44,614 bases of DNA from an uncultured Gammaproteobacteria bacterium (GCA_964603435.1 CAZRUM010000003.1:1-44614), one strand, 5' to 3'. Positions 1 to 10,550 are shown, counted from the first letter of the stretch. A program made the numbers and translations. Notes: generated by a model not told the origin, from the sequence alone.

Positions 1-3000
1 CCCCATCAAGACTATTACACCACCCCCAGTTATCCAAAACCTGAACTTTTGGTTTAAAGACACAGACTTTTTCGGCATCTGAATTTAGCTTATAAATTTC
101 TCTTTTCATTTCATCTGTAAGAAGACCAATGCCCGGTAAAGAATCCGATTCAATATCAAAATTAGCACTTGCCAAATCACAACTAAGACTTTTGAAATAT
201 TCTTTGTAACTTGGCGTACAAGCACGTGGAGCATCTCCAAATCTACGCTCTCCTAAAGTACTATATCCTTCCGGTTGAGTTATATAATGACCAGTTTTTG
301 CACAAATTGTATTACCTACACCCATAAAAGTACAGTCTGCATTATCAAGACAAGTCATAGAAGTATTCCTACATCTGCCCAGCTCCTCTTCTTCGTAATT
401 AAACTCGTCTTTGCTAGCACAGTATGGTTTACTGTTTTTGAATAAACCATTTTCTATAAATAAATCATCATCACCATCATCCCAATTAATCATTACACGT
501 TTCAAAGGCATGTGATTGTCATCCACCGTTACAAAAAATCTAAGTATAGCTGGTAAGGTGCGATAGGCTACGATAGGGTCGGGATAGCCATCTAGTTTAC
601 CACCGTCTATACCATCCTCATCTGGGATTGGTACCCCGTCAGTACTAAAACCAAGACTATAATTATTCATAGTACCATTGCGCATATTGATGGTAAAATT
701 ATTTTCTTCGCCAGCAGTACACCTATCACTTTCAGCTGATACACAGATATCTGGATTAAGTGAATATATCTTTGGAGGAAAAGTTTCATTACCCCCATTA
801 CCCAAATCACCACTACGGTCCTCATCATTCAACAAACCAACTCCATAATTTGGCAACAGATTTTCTTCTTCTCCTTCTCCTGCAAATTTATAAGGAAAAC
901 CAGTAGTCGAATCAGGTTTTAAAGTTTTATTTATAAACACTTTTTTGAACACATCAAAAATAGCCTCTTGAGCTTCTGGTTTATCACGTTCGGACAAGCT
1001 ATCTACAAAATTATCAGAAAATACTCTTTTTGAATCATTATCCAAAAGATTTTTTAGACTACCACAATAATCTGTAAAACCATAATCAATACTTATCGAA
1101 GATAGCCAAGTTGTACGACAAGAATAAGGTATACCAAAATTTGCATATGACAAGAAAGAAGAATGGCGTAATACTTTTGGATCTTGAAAGTTTTCGCTTA
1201 TTGTTCCCTTGTCAGAGAGTATCATAGCTCCAAACGGTTTGTTTGGCTGGTCTTTTTCTAAGAATGATTTATAAAATGGACTAGGATGTCTCTTGCTGTC
1301 AGTATTATATTTTGGAGCAAATTCCCAAACCCTATTGGTCCAGGCCTTGTCTGTAGTCATGTTAAAATCAGCTCCTGGATCCTTATAAACCTGAGCAAAA
1401 TCAACACACTGATTATTTAGAGTAGCAATAGTAGCCAACATAATACCAGCATCTTCTGCATCTGCATTATTATGAGCAAAACAAAAACGAGAAACATAAC
1501 CCAAGAATTCTCCATCTTTGTTAAAATCCATACCAATAGCTAACCAATTATTTGTATTAAAACCCTTATCTTCTTCCCCTCCACTAAGACCAGAATACTC
1601 TTGAGTATCGTGTTTACATACAGTTGCAAAAGGATCATTAAGATGAAAAGACTCTTCACGACCATTGGTGGGGACATAATCTGTGTTATAAATACTCTCA
1701 ACCCCAAACCATTTTTGCAACACTTCTGTACTGTCAGCAAACAACATCACATATCTATCAGTTATTTTGTTTCTTTCGTCTGCAAGAGCATTAACAATAG
1801 CAGTATCTTCAGTAGAAAAAAGTCCATTCTCATAATTATTAAAAGATAAATCTACCAAGTCAACTTCATCCACATGATAAGACCACACAATATTTTTTAT
1901 TGTTTTGTTTCTACCCCTAGTAAAAATTTTAGATTCAGAATCAGAATAAGAAGCATTAGATATATTTTCTAAAAAATCAGACTTTACCCCATTTCTTAAT
2001 TTGTTGAAATCTATGTACATGTCTTTGGACAACAAGGCAGGCAACCTACCTTCAGCACCAAATGGAAAAGCCAAAGGAACAAAATATACCCTGTCTAAAT
2101 CTGAAATATTTAAAACACCTTCATATTTAGAACGATTAACCATGTTAGCAACATTATTTACATCACTCATCCAAGGTCCAGGAGACATAGCTATGGTTGA
2201 TATATTCCACCGACCATCACTCTCTGGAGGATCATAATAACTATCTTCTAATGATTGTTTTATATCTTGTTGTTTATAAAAATAACTGTAATCTGTGACA
2301 ACATTACTCTCTGGCCAGACCCTTGGAGGATGCATAATAGTACCATAGCTTACACGATTTGCGGTTGGGTGGGGAGCAAAAGAAAAAATACTTTTGATTG
2401 AAGTTTGATCATTGCTAGGAACCTCGTTATTACACCACTTTATATTCTCTCCCACATCTTTTTGTAAACAACCAAAACTGTATCCATCGCTTACCAAACC
2501 TGTTTCAGTACGCAACAATATACTATTTTTACCAATAAATTCCCAAGCCCATCTTTGCATCGTTCTTGACAAAGACCAAATTTCATTATCACAACAAACA
2601 GCTTTGTCATAACCTTCAGAGTTGGATATTTTTTCCTCATTTTCTTCCCCCCACATAGTGGGTTCACAAAATACAAGGCCACAATCCTTTTGTAAAAGAA
2701 GATCGGAATCAGCACAAACAGGATTGTCCAAATCGTCATTAAGTTCAGTACGTTTTGCTTTTTGGTAACCCTCTGGTAAAAAGTATTTATCATTTTGTAT
2801 TTCATTATACAAATCAGCTACCTTTGTTTTATCTGGATATGTTATTTCAAAAGTGGACGAAGCTATATTTACTGTTCTTGGCACCTGACTCTTAGTACCT
2901 GGATAATTATTTGCTTCACTACTAACTACATCAAATCTATATTCTACAGATAATTTCCAACCTTGAGCCACACACACATCAGCCGGACCAGTAAAAATAG

Positions 3001-6000
3001 GTTCATTCGGTTGATAATTTGGATATGCGGGTTTATTTTGAAATAGATAATCTACATCATATTTTGTAAAATCTACAACACCTTTGAACTCACCAAAATC
3101 AGGAGCAGGAACATTCATCCTAGGATTCCATGCCCAATGCCAAAAATGATAAGTATTTTCAGGAGTATTAGAAAAGGTTTTATCATCTTCATAAGGAGAA
3201 ACCGCAAAAGTATTTGTAGAATATGCAGGGAAAGCAGCACTAATAGGACCCCGGGCAACATTAGCTGGAGAAGATGATAAATCAACTCTTTTGTGCTTAT
3301 AAAGATTATTTTTATAACTTATAACACTCTCATCAAATACTATGTTTTTATTACCATTCTCATCTTCTAATTCTAACCAATCTGATTTAGCCTTATTTCT
3401 ATCTAAATATGCTTGACCTCCTAGTACCAATACATCATAAGTATTCCCCTCGTCGTTATTATCCTGCACAGTAGTATAAATGCTCTTATAGGGAATCATA
3501 CGATCTCTCCAATATATTTCCTTTCCATCATACTTAGCAACATAATCTTCCATTTCCTGTTTTCTTGCTTCTACCATATCTTTACAGCGATTATAGAATA
3601 CTTCAATTTTATGAGATTCGTTATTATAGGCTGAGTCTTGCTTAGTTGTTCCAAAAGCAAAAATATTTAAATCTATATTATCAGGATCATACGACATATA
3701 ACCTGTCATTTCCTCATCAAAATTATAATGATTATAAGATGATTCTACACAATAAGCTCCGGCTCCAGCTTCTCCATCTATTGCCAAATTGAAACCAGCT
3801 GAATCTGAAGATTCATATATATCAAATTTATTTTTTACTTCTTTTGGTAACCAGGTTAGACATGGGTATTCTACTACATTTCCACCTGGAGCTGCTTTTT
3901 TACCCAGTGGCCTACTCTTATCATACTCCAAACAAAAACCTTCTTGTCCCAAATAAGTACTTTGTGTTTGTTTTAATATACAAGTCCCCCTGTCATTAGC
4001 ATCTCCACAATCACGATCATCAAAACAAGGGACATTATCAGTTGGTAAAGTAGTATCCGTAGCATTGTCATAGCGCCCTCCACCAGAACAAATACCAGCT
4101 GGAATAGATTCATAAGTATATGGCCAATAATCAACTACTGAATTTCTATAAGTAACCTTACTATAACCACAGGAACATTCTCCATCCTGACAAACCTGAA
4201 CATTGTCAAATTCATTTTTCCTATAATCTAGCGCAAAACGTTTTACCCCAAGATCATTCTCAAAAACTTCATGTCCTACATTTGGATTCAAAACCAAAGC
4301 CTTAGAAAAAGGAGAATTGTCTTCTGGATAAGATTTGCAAGAAGTTGTTAGTAATTCTTTTTTGATGATTTCATCAGAAAGCTCTTCCACTGCAAAACCT
4401 ATTTCATCCCCACCGACTGGCATAACACAACCAATACCGTTTATACATTGACCTTTTTCTATCAATTTATCTCCCGCGTGGCTACCTGTATTTTCACATC
4501 TCTCTGCACCTTCAGAAGTATTACAATTAAATCTTTTGTCAACATAAACTAAATAGGGTTTATTATCTATATCAATTTGTTGCAAATCACCAACTGAAAA
4601 TTTGTTATAGAGAGAATAACCAGAATATTCTTCGTCATACCAGCTAGTACCACGACTAATATAATTTTCATAATCAAGAAAAGGTAACTCGCGCCCAAGA
4701 CTAGCAGAGGATTCCCACAAAGCACACTCACCACCTGGTCCCATCTCCAAACAACTACCATAGGAATAACATATTTTTTTACGAGTTCCATCAGCTTGCA
4801 AAATACTCTTATAACTTTGACAAGCTAACCATTCATTACAAGTCCTGTCACGATCAACTTTTAAAATTATATTGGCGTCCAAAACACCTGTACTTACTGG
4901 CCGAACAGGTAGATAACGCCCGACCTCTCCACTCGCATAATCTTTCTTTTGACTATTTGCTTCATAAGTAAGAGCTGTGTTATAAATTTTATTTGGCTCA
5001 TCAGTCTTATCAAATAAAACACAGCCATCATTTAAATTTACTTGGCTCTCACATTCTCTTGAACGTCTTTCTACTTCTTGGTCATAAATAATATAATAAG
5101 CACGTCCTGCTGAATCAATTCCGCCAGTATCAGCTTTATCAATTAATTCACGACAATTGTTGGCTGACGATGGACAGACACCTACCAAACCTTCGTACAA
5201 TACTGAACCATTGGAAGGTAATTGATATTCATAATTATGGCGAGGACCACAAGGTTCTGGCATTTCATCAATTTTTCCATCCTTATTTCTATCGATATCC
5301 CTATACCAACCGGAATATTGATTACCATTTTTATCTTCCACCAACGGACGATACACACACAAACCATTACCATTCAATTTTGGATCTTTGAAATAAGCCG
5401 GTCCATTGTCAGATTTAAATTCTCCACAAGATACCTGGTCACTAGTACATAAAGTATCACTATAATTACCTGGATCGTTTTTTACAAAAGTTTCGACAAA
5501 TTCAAAATCTGTGTCGATAGGACTAGTAGACCATTCTTTATATTCGCGCGCAGCTACTCTGGTACAGCCCATATCCTTATCATAACAAATATAATTTTCT
5601 GTATCTGTCAGATAAATTGGTGAATTTACTGGTGTATCGGCTGGAATAATAATTGTAGAATCAACTACCCAATCTTCAATCGCTTTAGCCTCTACTCCAT
5701 ATGGAAGCATAACTTCCTCAACAAAACAACCAGTCTGTCCATTTTCTATCTGACAAGTCCCAAGCTCTTCTGGTTCAACCCCTATTTCCCCCTCTGCTTC
5801 TATTTCAATTTTACATTCACCTACATAATCAACAACATCACTGACACACCACAAATTGTAAACCAAGACATCTTCAGAATCCAGGGTATTATAGGTATCA
5901 TACAAAGCAGTACAACCCACTGCCTCAGGTCGACACAGGCTATCAAAGCCAATTGCAAAAGCAGTTCTATCTCTATCATCTCTGTAAGCCTGACAACCTA

Positions 6001-9000
6001 GAGCCAAACCTGGGAAACCATCGTATGGACTAACATCGCAAGAAGTAGAAATATCATAACCTTCACTAGTTTTCCAAGAATCTTTTATAAGAGCATATTG
6101 ATCTTCCAATCTAGTAACACGTACATTATCCAAATAATAACTCTTTCCAGAAGTACGAGGATCAACAATAAACTTCAGACCAACTTCACTACTAGTAGTA
6201 CCCGTAAATTGTACTGGACCAAATTTATATTCTTGCCATTCATTACCGAGAGATACTGGCAAATTTTGTTGTAAATTTATATCATAAGTAAAACTACTAT
6301 TTTCAAATTCAGCTTGTTTAAAATAAATTTCATTAATATTTTGTGCCTCACCGCGAGCCCAAAAACTCAATTCATACCAAGCATAGCTATCAATATCTTC
6401 ACCAGGTTGAAATATATAAGTTATATCACTTGACGCTTGCAAGGAATACCCACCAACATAAATCGATTCCGGTCTGACTTTGGCAGTAGAGGTCCAGCCA
6501 GTCTGAGCTATTTCCAAAGCAGCATCATCATCTGATGTCGGTTCAAAACCAGCAAAGTAAACTTCTTCTATATTACCACCTTGATTTCCTACATATTTAC
6601 GACAACCATTGGCAATAGCAGGACAAGAAATTGATTCACTAGGAATAGAATAATAAATACAGGTCTGATAGCCTTCATCATAAAAACCACCATTACTACA
6701 GCGTTGGCACTCACCACTACCACCGTCATTACCATTCCAAAGACCACCTTTTCTAGTACAGCTATCTGCTGAATCTAGATTATTATCAACAGCCAGATAT
6801 GCTTTTGTCTTGCGCAGAGGATGACAATCATCTGATACAATCACCGTCTTACTTAAAATTCTATAATATATACTACCTTCTCTATCATAAAGTGCCCGGC
6901 AACCTGAATCAAAACCACGAGCCCCCAGATTGTATGGACTATTTAGATGTAAATTATATATATCTTCATTACAGCTAGCATAATTTTCTTCCAATTCTAC
7001 TTCACTATCACCCGCATACACTGGGGAACCAAGTGGAAAATCTGACCTAAGACTAGCAAAAGCAGTCGCATCCAAATAAGCGACGTCATCAACATCCACT
7101 GGCTTCATCCGATGAATTTTCAACACATAACCTGTCAATTCAGAACCTTCCCAAGAATAATAAGCTTTTTCATTTTCCCCACTAGGATCTTCACAATATT
7201 TTAAATCAATATAATATTCCAAACCTTCACCACCAGCAGACATCTCATCTATGTTGGTAAATTGATCACAACCAGCATAGACACCATTACATTCATTGGC
7301 GCCTTGACTAGAATAGTCATTACCAGGAGTGAAATAAAGTGGAAATTCTTCTGGTTCAAACTCTGTTGCTAACTGTTTATAAGTATCATAACCCACACAC
7401 TCAGCCTGACAGAGATTATCACCAATAATACCAGGAATTTCTGGACTAGTTGGATCAGCTATACTAGAATACAACTGACAACCCACTTCACTTGAGATAC
7501 AAACCTGTGAAAAATCTGCACATTCCTCTGGTCGATCTTTTATAGACACCAGATCAACTTTGGTCTGTGGCCAGTCTATGTCATACTCTCCATCGTAAAT
7601 ATCTTTGTCATAACAACCCAGATAATCTGGTGCTTTTTGCAAATAAACTGGATTACCCTGTCCCCCATCATCCCTCACATCATAAAAAAGATTACAACCA
7701 TCGGCGTCTTCGCTACAAGTGAAGTTGGCAATTTTATTATTAAAATAAATATTTTGATTCCAACTACTTAGTTTTTTATCAACATCAAGCTCTAGGTTTG
7801 TTAGCCAACCTTCTTTATCTCCTTCTAGGGCGTAAGGTTGACAACCCACAGACTCGAGATTACAACGACCATAATCAAGTGTCCTATTTAAATATGGGAT
7901 TACTTCACCTTTATTATTTACATAAGTCTGGCAAGTATTGTATTGTTTATCACAAGTCTCAACCCCTAGTTTCCAAATATTTTTTTCTTGTAAACAATAA
8001 CTATAATAATTTTCTATTTTATTAGTATCCGTTTGACTCTCTTCTTCTGTAAAAATTGTAGTTGAATACTCTACACATTCTGTCCGCCTAACATCTCCGC
8101 CTGAGTCAATTAGCTGTGGACCCACAACCAGAGATTCACAACGAATCTCGGGAATTTTTAAAATCCAATTTGGATTGACAAGATGACAAAAAGGTTTGGC
8201 AGAACTTGGTACCACTATTTCATTACCACTTGAGTCCTTTTCATAATTACAATCCTCAAAACCATTCACCACATTTTCTAAAGTCCAATTTTCTAGATTG
8301 TCAGGATCAGCCCTCAAAGCCGCAATCTCAAAACCAAGTGGCAAAATTCTCGCTTTTCTTAATTTTTGAATATTATAATAACAATAACCATTTTGATAAC
8401 AACGAACAACATCCTGATTATCAATTTCACGCTTTGGTGAAATAAATGACCACTTGGCATGCAACATGTCTTGATCCATTGCCTCTTTAATAGTTAGAGG
8501 GTTATCTTCTGTTCTGCCAACTTCCAAAGCTCTCTGCAAACCAGTATCCATGACACAATTATTAAGACTGAGACCAGCCCCACTCTCTTCACAAGCTGCA
8601 AATTCTGTAAGTAATGGATAATTATTTAACTGTTGATTGGGAAAATCTGTAAATAAAAAGCTGAAAGCTTTCTCGGCCTTTTCTTTATTTAATACAACTT
8701 GACTATAAAAATCTGTAACTGCCTCAGTAGAGGCATCACCTGACGACGATCCAGACAACAAGTCCCCACTCATTAATCTGTCCAATAAACTAGTGGCCAA
8801 AGTATTCAAAAAGACACTCGCAGCCTGAGGTAATATTTGTAACATCCCTGCACCATAAACACCTGCTATTTGTTCAGATGTCATTTTTGAATTATGAGTT
8901 GCAGAAAATAATTCCATTTCTTTGGCCACGGTTTGACCAGGAGTTTTTATCTTATCAGAAATAAGATCTGTAACTGCTTTTATGCCTCCCCCTTCTAATC

Positions 9001-9808
9001 TTGATACTTCGGCGGATTTTTCTTCCTTAGCTTTCAAACGATCGAGTTGTGCCATAGCCCCCATTGCAATACCAAAATCTGTATCTTTGACACGAATAGA
9101 ATCATGAAAAGTACGAGCAATCAATCCACGACCACCAGGACCATATTTTCTTTCAAAGGCCTCAGCGCTCCAAGAATCGCTTAAGTTTTGCCAATTACAT
9201 TTTGGGGTAGGCCCGCCACTGTTCGCACCATTGACTCCATACTCATTATCATACATATTGCGCAAGCCAATCTGAATATACAATTGAGCTTGTAAATTTG
9301 GTGTCTGACAAAGATTGAGACCAAAAGGTTGGCCAAATGATTCTATACCCTCAGCTACTGAATCCAAAGCTACATTTTTAAAATAATCACCTGGAGAATT
9401 TTGGTAAATAAGAGCCCCCTTACCCTTACCACCATAAGACACGTACTTAGCTGCATCATAAGCCAACTTACGTGTAAAATATGACATACCATTCATCAAA
9501 GCTGACATAGCAGCAGCTGTCATGCCGGTTTCTACTTGTTCGAGTATTGACACAATTGTAGAAGGTGTATCCGCAACTACAGCTACAGGTGCTCCTAACG
9601 CATTTTTACCTGCATTTGAAGCCGCCTTAGCTGCCTCTGCCGAGTTCGCTATTTTATCTAATGATTCAAATAAAGAAGTCAAAGGGGGTAGCGCAGCCTG
9701 TGCACTATTTTTAGAAGTCAAAGAAAAAATCCCAAACAAATTCACCAACAAAAAAATCACCAATAGAATACTTAGGCCTGCTTTATTTTTTTTATTTAAA
9801 AAATACAT
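1..9808 (-). CDS. giant secreted cysteine-rich surface protein; 5' end complete, 3' end beyond window (at least 3269 codons)
   Basis: Hand translation of the reverse complement from ATG 9808-9806 stays open in one frame to base 2. The track lists no ORF in this frame because it never reaches a stop; the four minus ORFs listed inside it are in another frame. N-terminus MYFLNKKNKAGLSILLVIFLLVNLFGIFSLTSKNSAQA looks like a signal peptide. Many Cys modules follow. Confidence 0.85.
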   Translation of the reverse strand, partial: MYFLNKKNKAGLSILLVIFLLVNLFGIFSLTSKNSAQAALPPLTSLFESLDKIANSAEAAKAASNAGKNALGAPVAVVADTPSTIVSILEQVETGMTAAAMSALMNGMSYFTRKLAYDAAKYVSYGGKGKGALIYQNSPGDYFKNVALDSVAEGIESFGQPFGLNLCQTPNLQAQLYIQIGLRNMYDNEYGVNGANSGGPTPKCNWQNLSDSWSAEAFERKYGPGGRGLIARTFHDSIRVKDTDFGIAMGAMAQLDRLKAKEEKSAEVSRLEGGGIKAVTDLISDKIKTPGQTVAKEMELFSATHNSKMTSEQIAGVYGAGMLQILPQAASVFLNTLATSLLDRLMSGDLLSGSSSGDASTEAVTDFYSQVVLNKEKAEKAFSFLFTDFPNQQLNNYPLLTEFAACEESGAGLSLNNCVMDTGLQRALEVGRTEDNPLTIKEAMDQDMLHAKWSFISPKREIDNQDVVRCYQNGYCYYNIQKLRKARILPLGFEIAALRADPDNLENWTLENVVNGFEDCNYEKDSSGNEIVVPSSAKPFCHLVNPNWILKIPEIRCESLVVGPQLIDSGGDVRRTECVEYSTTIFTEEESQTDTNKIENYYSYCLQEKNIWKLGVETCDKQYNTCQTYVNNKGEVIPYLNRTLDYGRCNLESVGCQPYALEGDKEGWLTNLELDVDKKLSSWNQNIYFNNKIANFTCSEDADGCNLFYDVRDDGGQGNPVYLQKAPDYLGCYDKDIYDGEYDIDWPQTKVDLVSIKDRPEECADFSQVCISSEVGCQLYSSIADPTSPEIPGIIGDNLCQAECVGYDTYKQLATEFEPEEFPLYFTPGNDYSSQGANECNGVYAGCDQFTNIDEMSAGGEGLEYYIDLKYCEDPSGENEKAYYSWEGSELTGYVLKIHRMKPVDVDDVAYLDATAFASLRSDFPLGSPVYAGDSEVELEENYASCNEDIYNLHLNSPYNLGARGFDSGCRALYDREGSIYYRILSKTVIVSDDCHPLRKTKAYLAVDNNLDSADSCTRKGGLWNGNDGGSGECQRCSNGGFYDEGYQTCIYYSIPSESISCPAIANGCRKYVGNQGGNIEEVYFAGFEPTSDDDAALEIAQTGWTSTAKVRPESIYVGGYSLQASSDITYIFQPGEDIDSYAWYELSFWARGEAQNINEIYFKQAEFENSSFTYDINLQQNLPVSLGNEWQEYKFGPVQFTGTTSSEVGLKFIVDPRTSGKSYYLDNVRVTRLEDQYALIKDSWKTSEGYDISTSCDVSPYDGFPGLALGCQAYRDDRDRTAFAIGFDSLCRPEAVGCTALYDTYNTLDSEDVLVYNLWCVSDVVDYVGECKIEIEAEGEIGVEPEELGTCQIENGQTGCFVEEVMLPYGVEAKAIEDWVVDSTIIIPADTPVNSPIYLTDTENYICYDKDMGCTRVAAREYKEWSTSPIDTDFEFVETFVKNDPGNYSDTLCTSDQVSCGEFKSDNGPAYFKDPKLNGNGLCVYRPLVEDKNGNQYSGWYRDIDRNKDGKIDEMPEPCGPRHNYEYQLPSNGSVLYEGLVGVCPSSANNCRELIDKADTGGIDSAGRAYYIIYDQEVERRSRECESQVNLNDGCVLFDKTDEPNKIYNTALTYEANSQKKDYASGEVGRYLPVRPVSTGVLDANIILKVDRDRTCNEWLACQSYKSILQADGTRKKICYSYGSCLEMGPGGECALWESSASLGRELPFLDYENYISRGTSWYDEEYSGYSLYNKFSVGDLQQIDIDNKPYLVYVDKRFNCNTSEGAERCENTGSHAGDKLIEKGQCINGIGCVMPVGGDEIGFAVEELSDEIIKKELLTTSCKSYPEDNSPFSKALVLNPNVGHEVFENDLGVKRFALDYRKNEFDNVQVCQDGECSCGYSKVTYRNSVVDYWPYTYESIPAGICSGGGRYDNATDTTLPTDNVPCFDDRDCGDANDRGTCILKQTQSTYLGQEGFCLEYDKSRPLGKKAAPGGNVVEYPCLTWLPKEVKNKFDIYESSDSAGFNLAIDGEAGAGAYCVESSYNHYNFDEEMTGYMSYDPDNIDLNIFAFGTTKQDSAYNNESHKIEVFYNRCKDMVEARKQEMEDYVAKYDGKEIYWRDRMIPYKSIYTTVQDNNDEGNTYDVLVLGGQAYLDRNKAKSDWLELEDENGNKNIVFDESVISYKNNLYKHKRVDLSSSPANVARGPISAAFPAYSTNTFAVSPYEDDKTFSNTPENTYHFWHWAWNPRMNVPAPDFGEFKGVVDFTKYDVDYLFQNKPAYPNYQPNEPIFTGPADVCVAQGWKLSVEYRFDVVSSEANNYPGTKSQVPRTVNIASSTFEITYPDKTKVADLYNEIQNDKYFLPEGYQKAKRTELNDDLDNPVCADSDLLLQKDCGLVFCEPTMWGEENEEKISNSEGYDKAVCCDNEIWSLSRTMQRWAWEFIGKNSILLRTETGLVSDGYSFGCLQKDVGENIKWCNNEVPSNDQTSIKSIFSFAPHPTANRVSYGTIMHPPRVWPESNVVTDYSYFYKQQDIKQSLEDSYYDPPESDGRWNISTIAMSPGPWMSDVNNVANMVNRSKYEGVLNISDLDRVYFVPLAFPFGAEGRLPALLSKDMYIDFNKLRNGVKSDFLENISNASYSDSESKIFTRGRNKTIKNIVWSYHVDEVDLVDLSFNNYENGLFSTEDTAIVNALADERNKITDRYVMLFADSTEVLQKWFGVESIYNTDYVPTNGREESFHLNDPFATVCKHDTQEYSGLSGGEEDKGFNTNNWLAIGMDFNKDGEFLGYVSRFCFAHNNADAEDAGIMLATIATLNNQCVDFAQVYKDPGADFNMTTDKAWTNRVWEFAPKYNTDSKRHPSPFYKSFLEKDQPNKPFGAMILSDKGTISENFQDPKVLRHSSFLSYANFGIPYSCRTTWLSSISIDYGFTDYCGSLKNLLDNDSKRVFSDNFVDSLSERDKPEAQEAIFDVFKKVFINKTLKPDSTTGFPYKFAGEGEEENLLPNYGVGLLNDEDRSGDLGNGGNETFPPKIYSLNPDICVSAESDRCTAGEENNFTINMRNGTMNNYSLGFSTDGVPIPDEDGIDGGKLDGYPDPIVAYRTLPAILRFFVTVDDNHMPLKRVMINWDDGDDDLFIENGLFKNSKPYCASKDEFNYEEEELGRCRNTSMTCLDNADCTFMGVGNTICAKTGHYITQPEGYSTLGERRFGDAPRACTPSYKEYFKSLSCDLASANFDIESDSLPGIGLLTDEMKREIYKLNSDAEKVCVFKPKVQVLDNWGWCNSLDG

Positions 9809-9811
9809 AAA

Positions 9812-10495
9812 TTATGGTAAAATTTCTTGTAAATTTGTACTAGTTGTAGTGATAAGATCTACCGTCTCTCCTTGTGCACTCATCATTTCCTGAACTAAAG
9901 ATAACAAAGTCTTATCATCAATCTCATCTAACTGTTCTTTACCAATAGTACCTGTACCAAGTAACATCTCTCTCAACTTTTCAGGATCTTGAAGAGAACT
10001 TAAAACAGCGGTCATGTCGCCACCTTCTTCTTCCACCAAACCAGCATCACTCAAAATATCAAACGGTGTATTAGAACCATCTTGCAAAGGCGAGACTATT
10101 ATTTCTTCTGGTGGAGTTGGCAATTCGCCCTGATAGATACTACAATCAGCTCCTGCTGGACACAATGGATCTGCACCTTGATCAATCTCTACTTTGTCAT
10201 CCAAGCCATCAGAATCTGTATCTGAAAGATATGGACTAGTCTCATAAAAATTTAATTCTTCCCAGTCATTGAGACCGTCATGATCTGTATCGATACTCTG
10301 CAAAACCATATCTTGATTTTCAAATAAATTCTGCAAGTCATCAGCTTCTGTAAGACGCACTGAAAAAGGATTGTATATATTATTACGCATTTGCAACATC
10401 CCTAGACCAATAGTCATAAAACCAAAAATAAGCAATAAGACAAAACCCGTCTTCTGCGTTCCGGTAAGACCTGTTTCTTTTTCTTGATGATCCAT
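9812..10495 (-). CDS. membrane-anchored calcium-binding repeat protein (thrombospondin type-3-like DxDxDG repeats)
   Basis: N-terminal TM (GFVLLLIFGFMTIGLGML). Two repeats, DTDHDGLNDWEE and DTDSDGLDDKVE. Stop TAA at 9814-9812 lies one codon upstream of the giant ORF ATG, in the same frame. Confidence 0.8.
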   Translation of the reverse strand: MDHQEKETGLTGTQKTGFVLLLIFGFMTIGLGMLQMRNNIYNPFSVRLTEADDLQNLFENQDMVLQSIDTDHDGLNDWEELNFYETSPYLSDTDSDGLDDKVEIDQGADPLCPAGADCSIYQGELPTPPEEIIVSPLQDGSNTPFDILSDAGLVEEEGGDMTAVLSSLQDPEKLREMLLGTGTIGKEQLDEIDDKTLLSLVQEMMSAQGETVDLITTTSTNLQEILP

Positions 10496-10521
10496 AATTT
10501 GGATTGCTCAATTGTAAAATT

Positions 10522-10550
10522 ATTATACCAAAAAAAGAGACAACTCACAA
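10522..10550 (-). promoter_or_regulatory. sigma70-like promoter for the 227-aa gene plus giant gene
   Basis: Minus strand reads TTGTGA, 17 nt, TATAAT, with an extended -10 (TGGTATAAT). Confidence 0.5.

Noticed and set aside
1-9808. The absence of track ORFs could mean non-coding DNA, a decayed pseudogene field, or an alternative genetic code (UGA sense).
   Set aside because: One minus-strand frame is open end to end under the standard code. The ORF is missing from the track only because it has no stop inside the window. RF2 is encoded nearby, and all other genes translate normally.
1-9808. Diversity-generating retroelement target (giant surface protein with a variable repeat).
   Set aside because: No reverse transcriptase gene and no template/variable repeat pair could be seen by eye in this window. 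It cannot be excluded for the unseen C-terminus.
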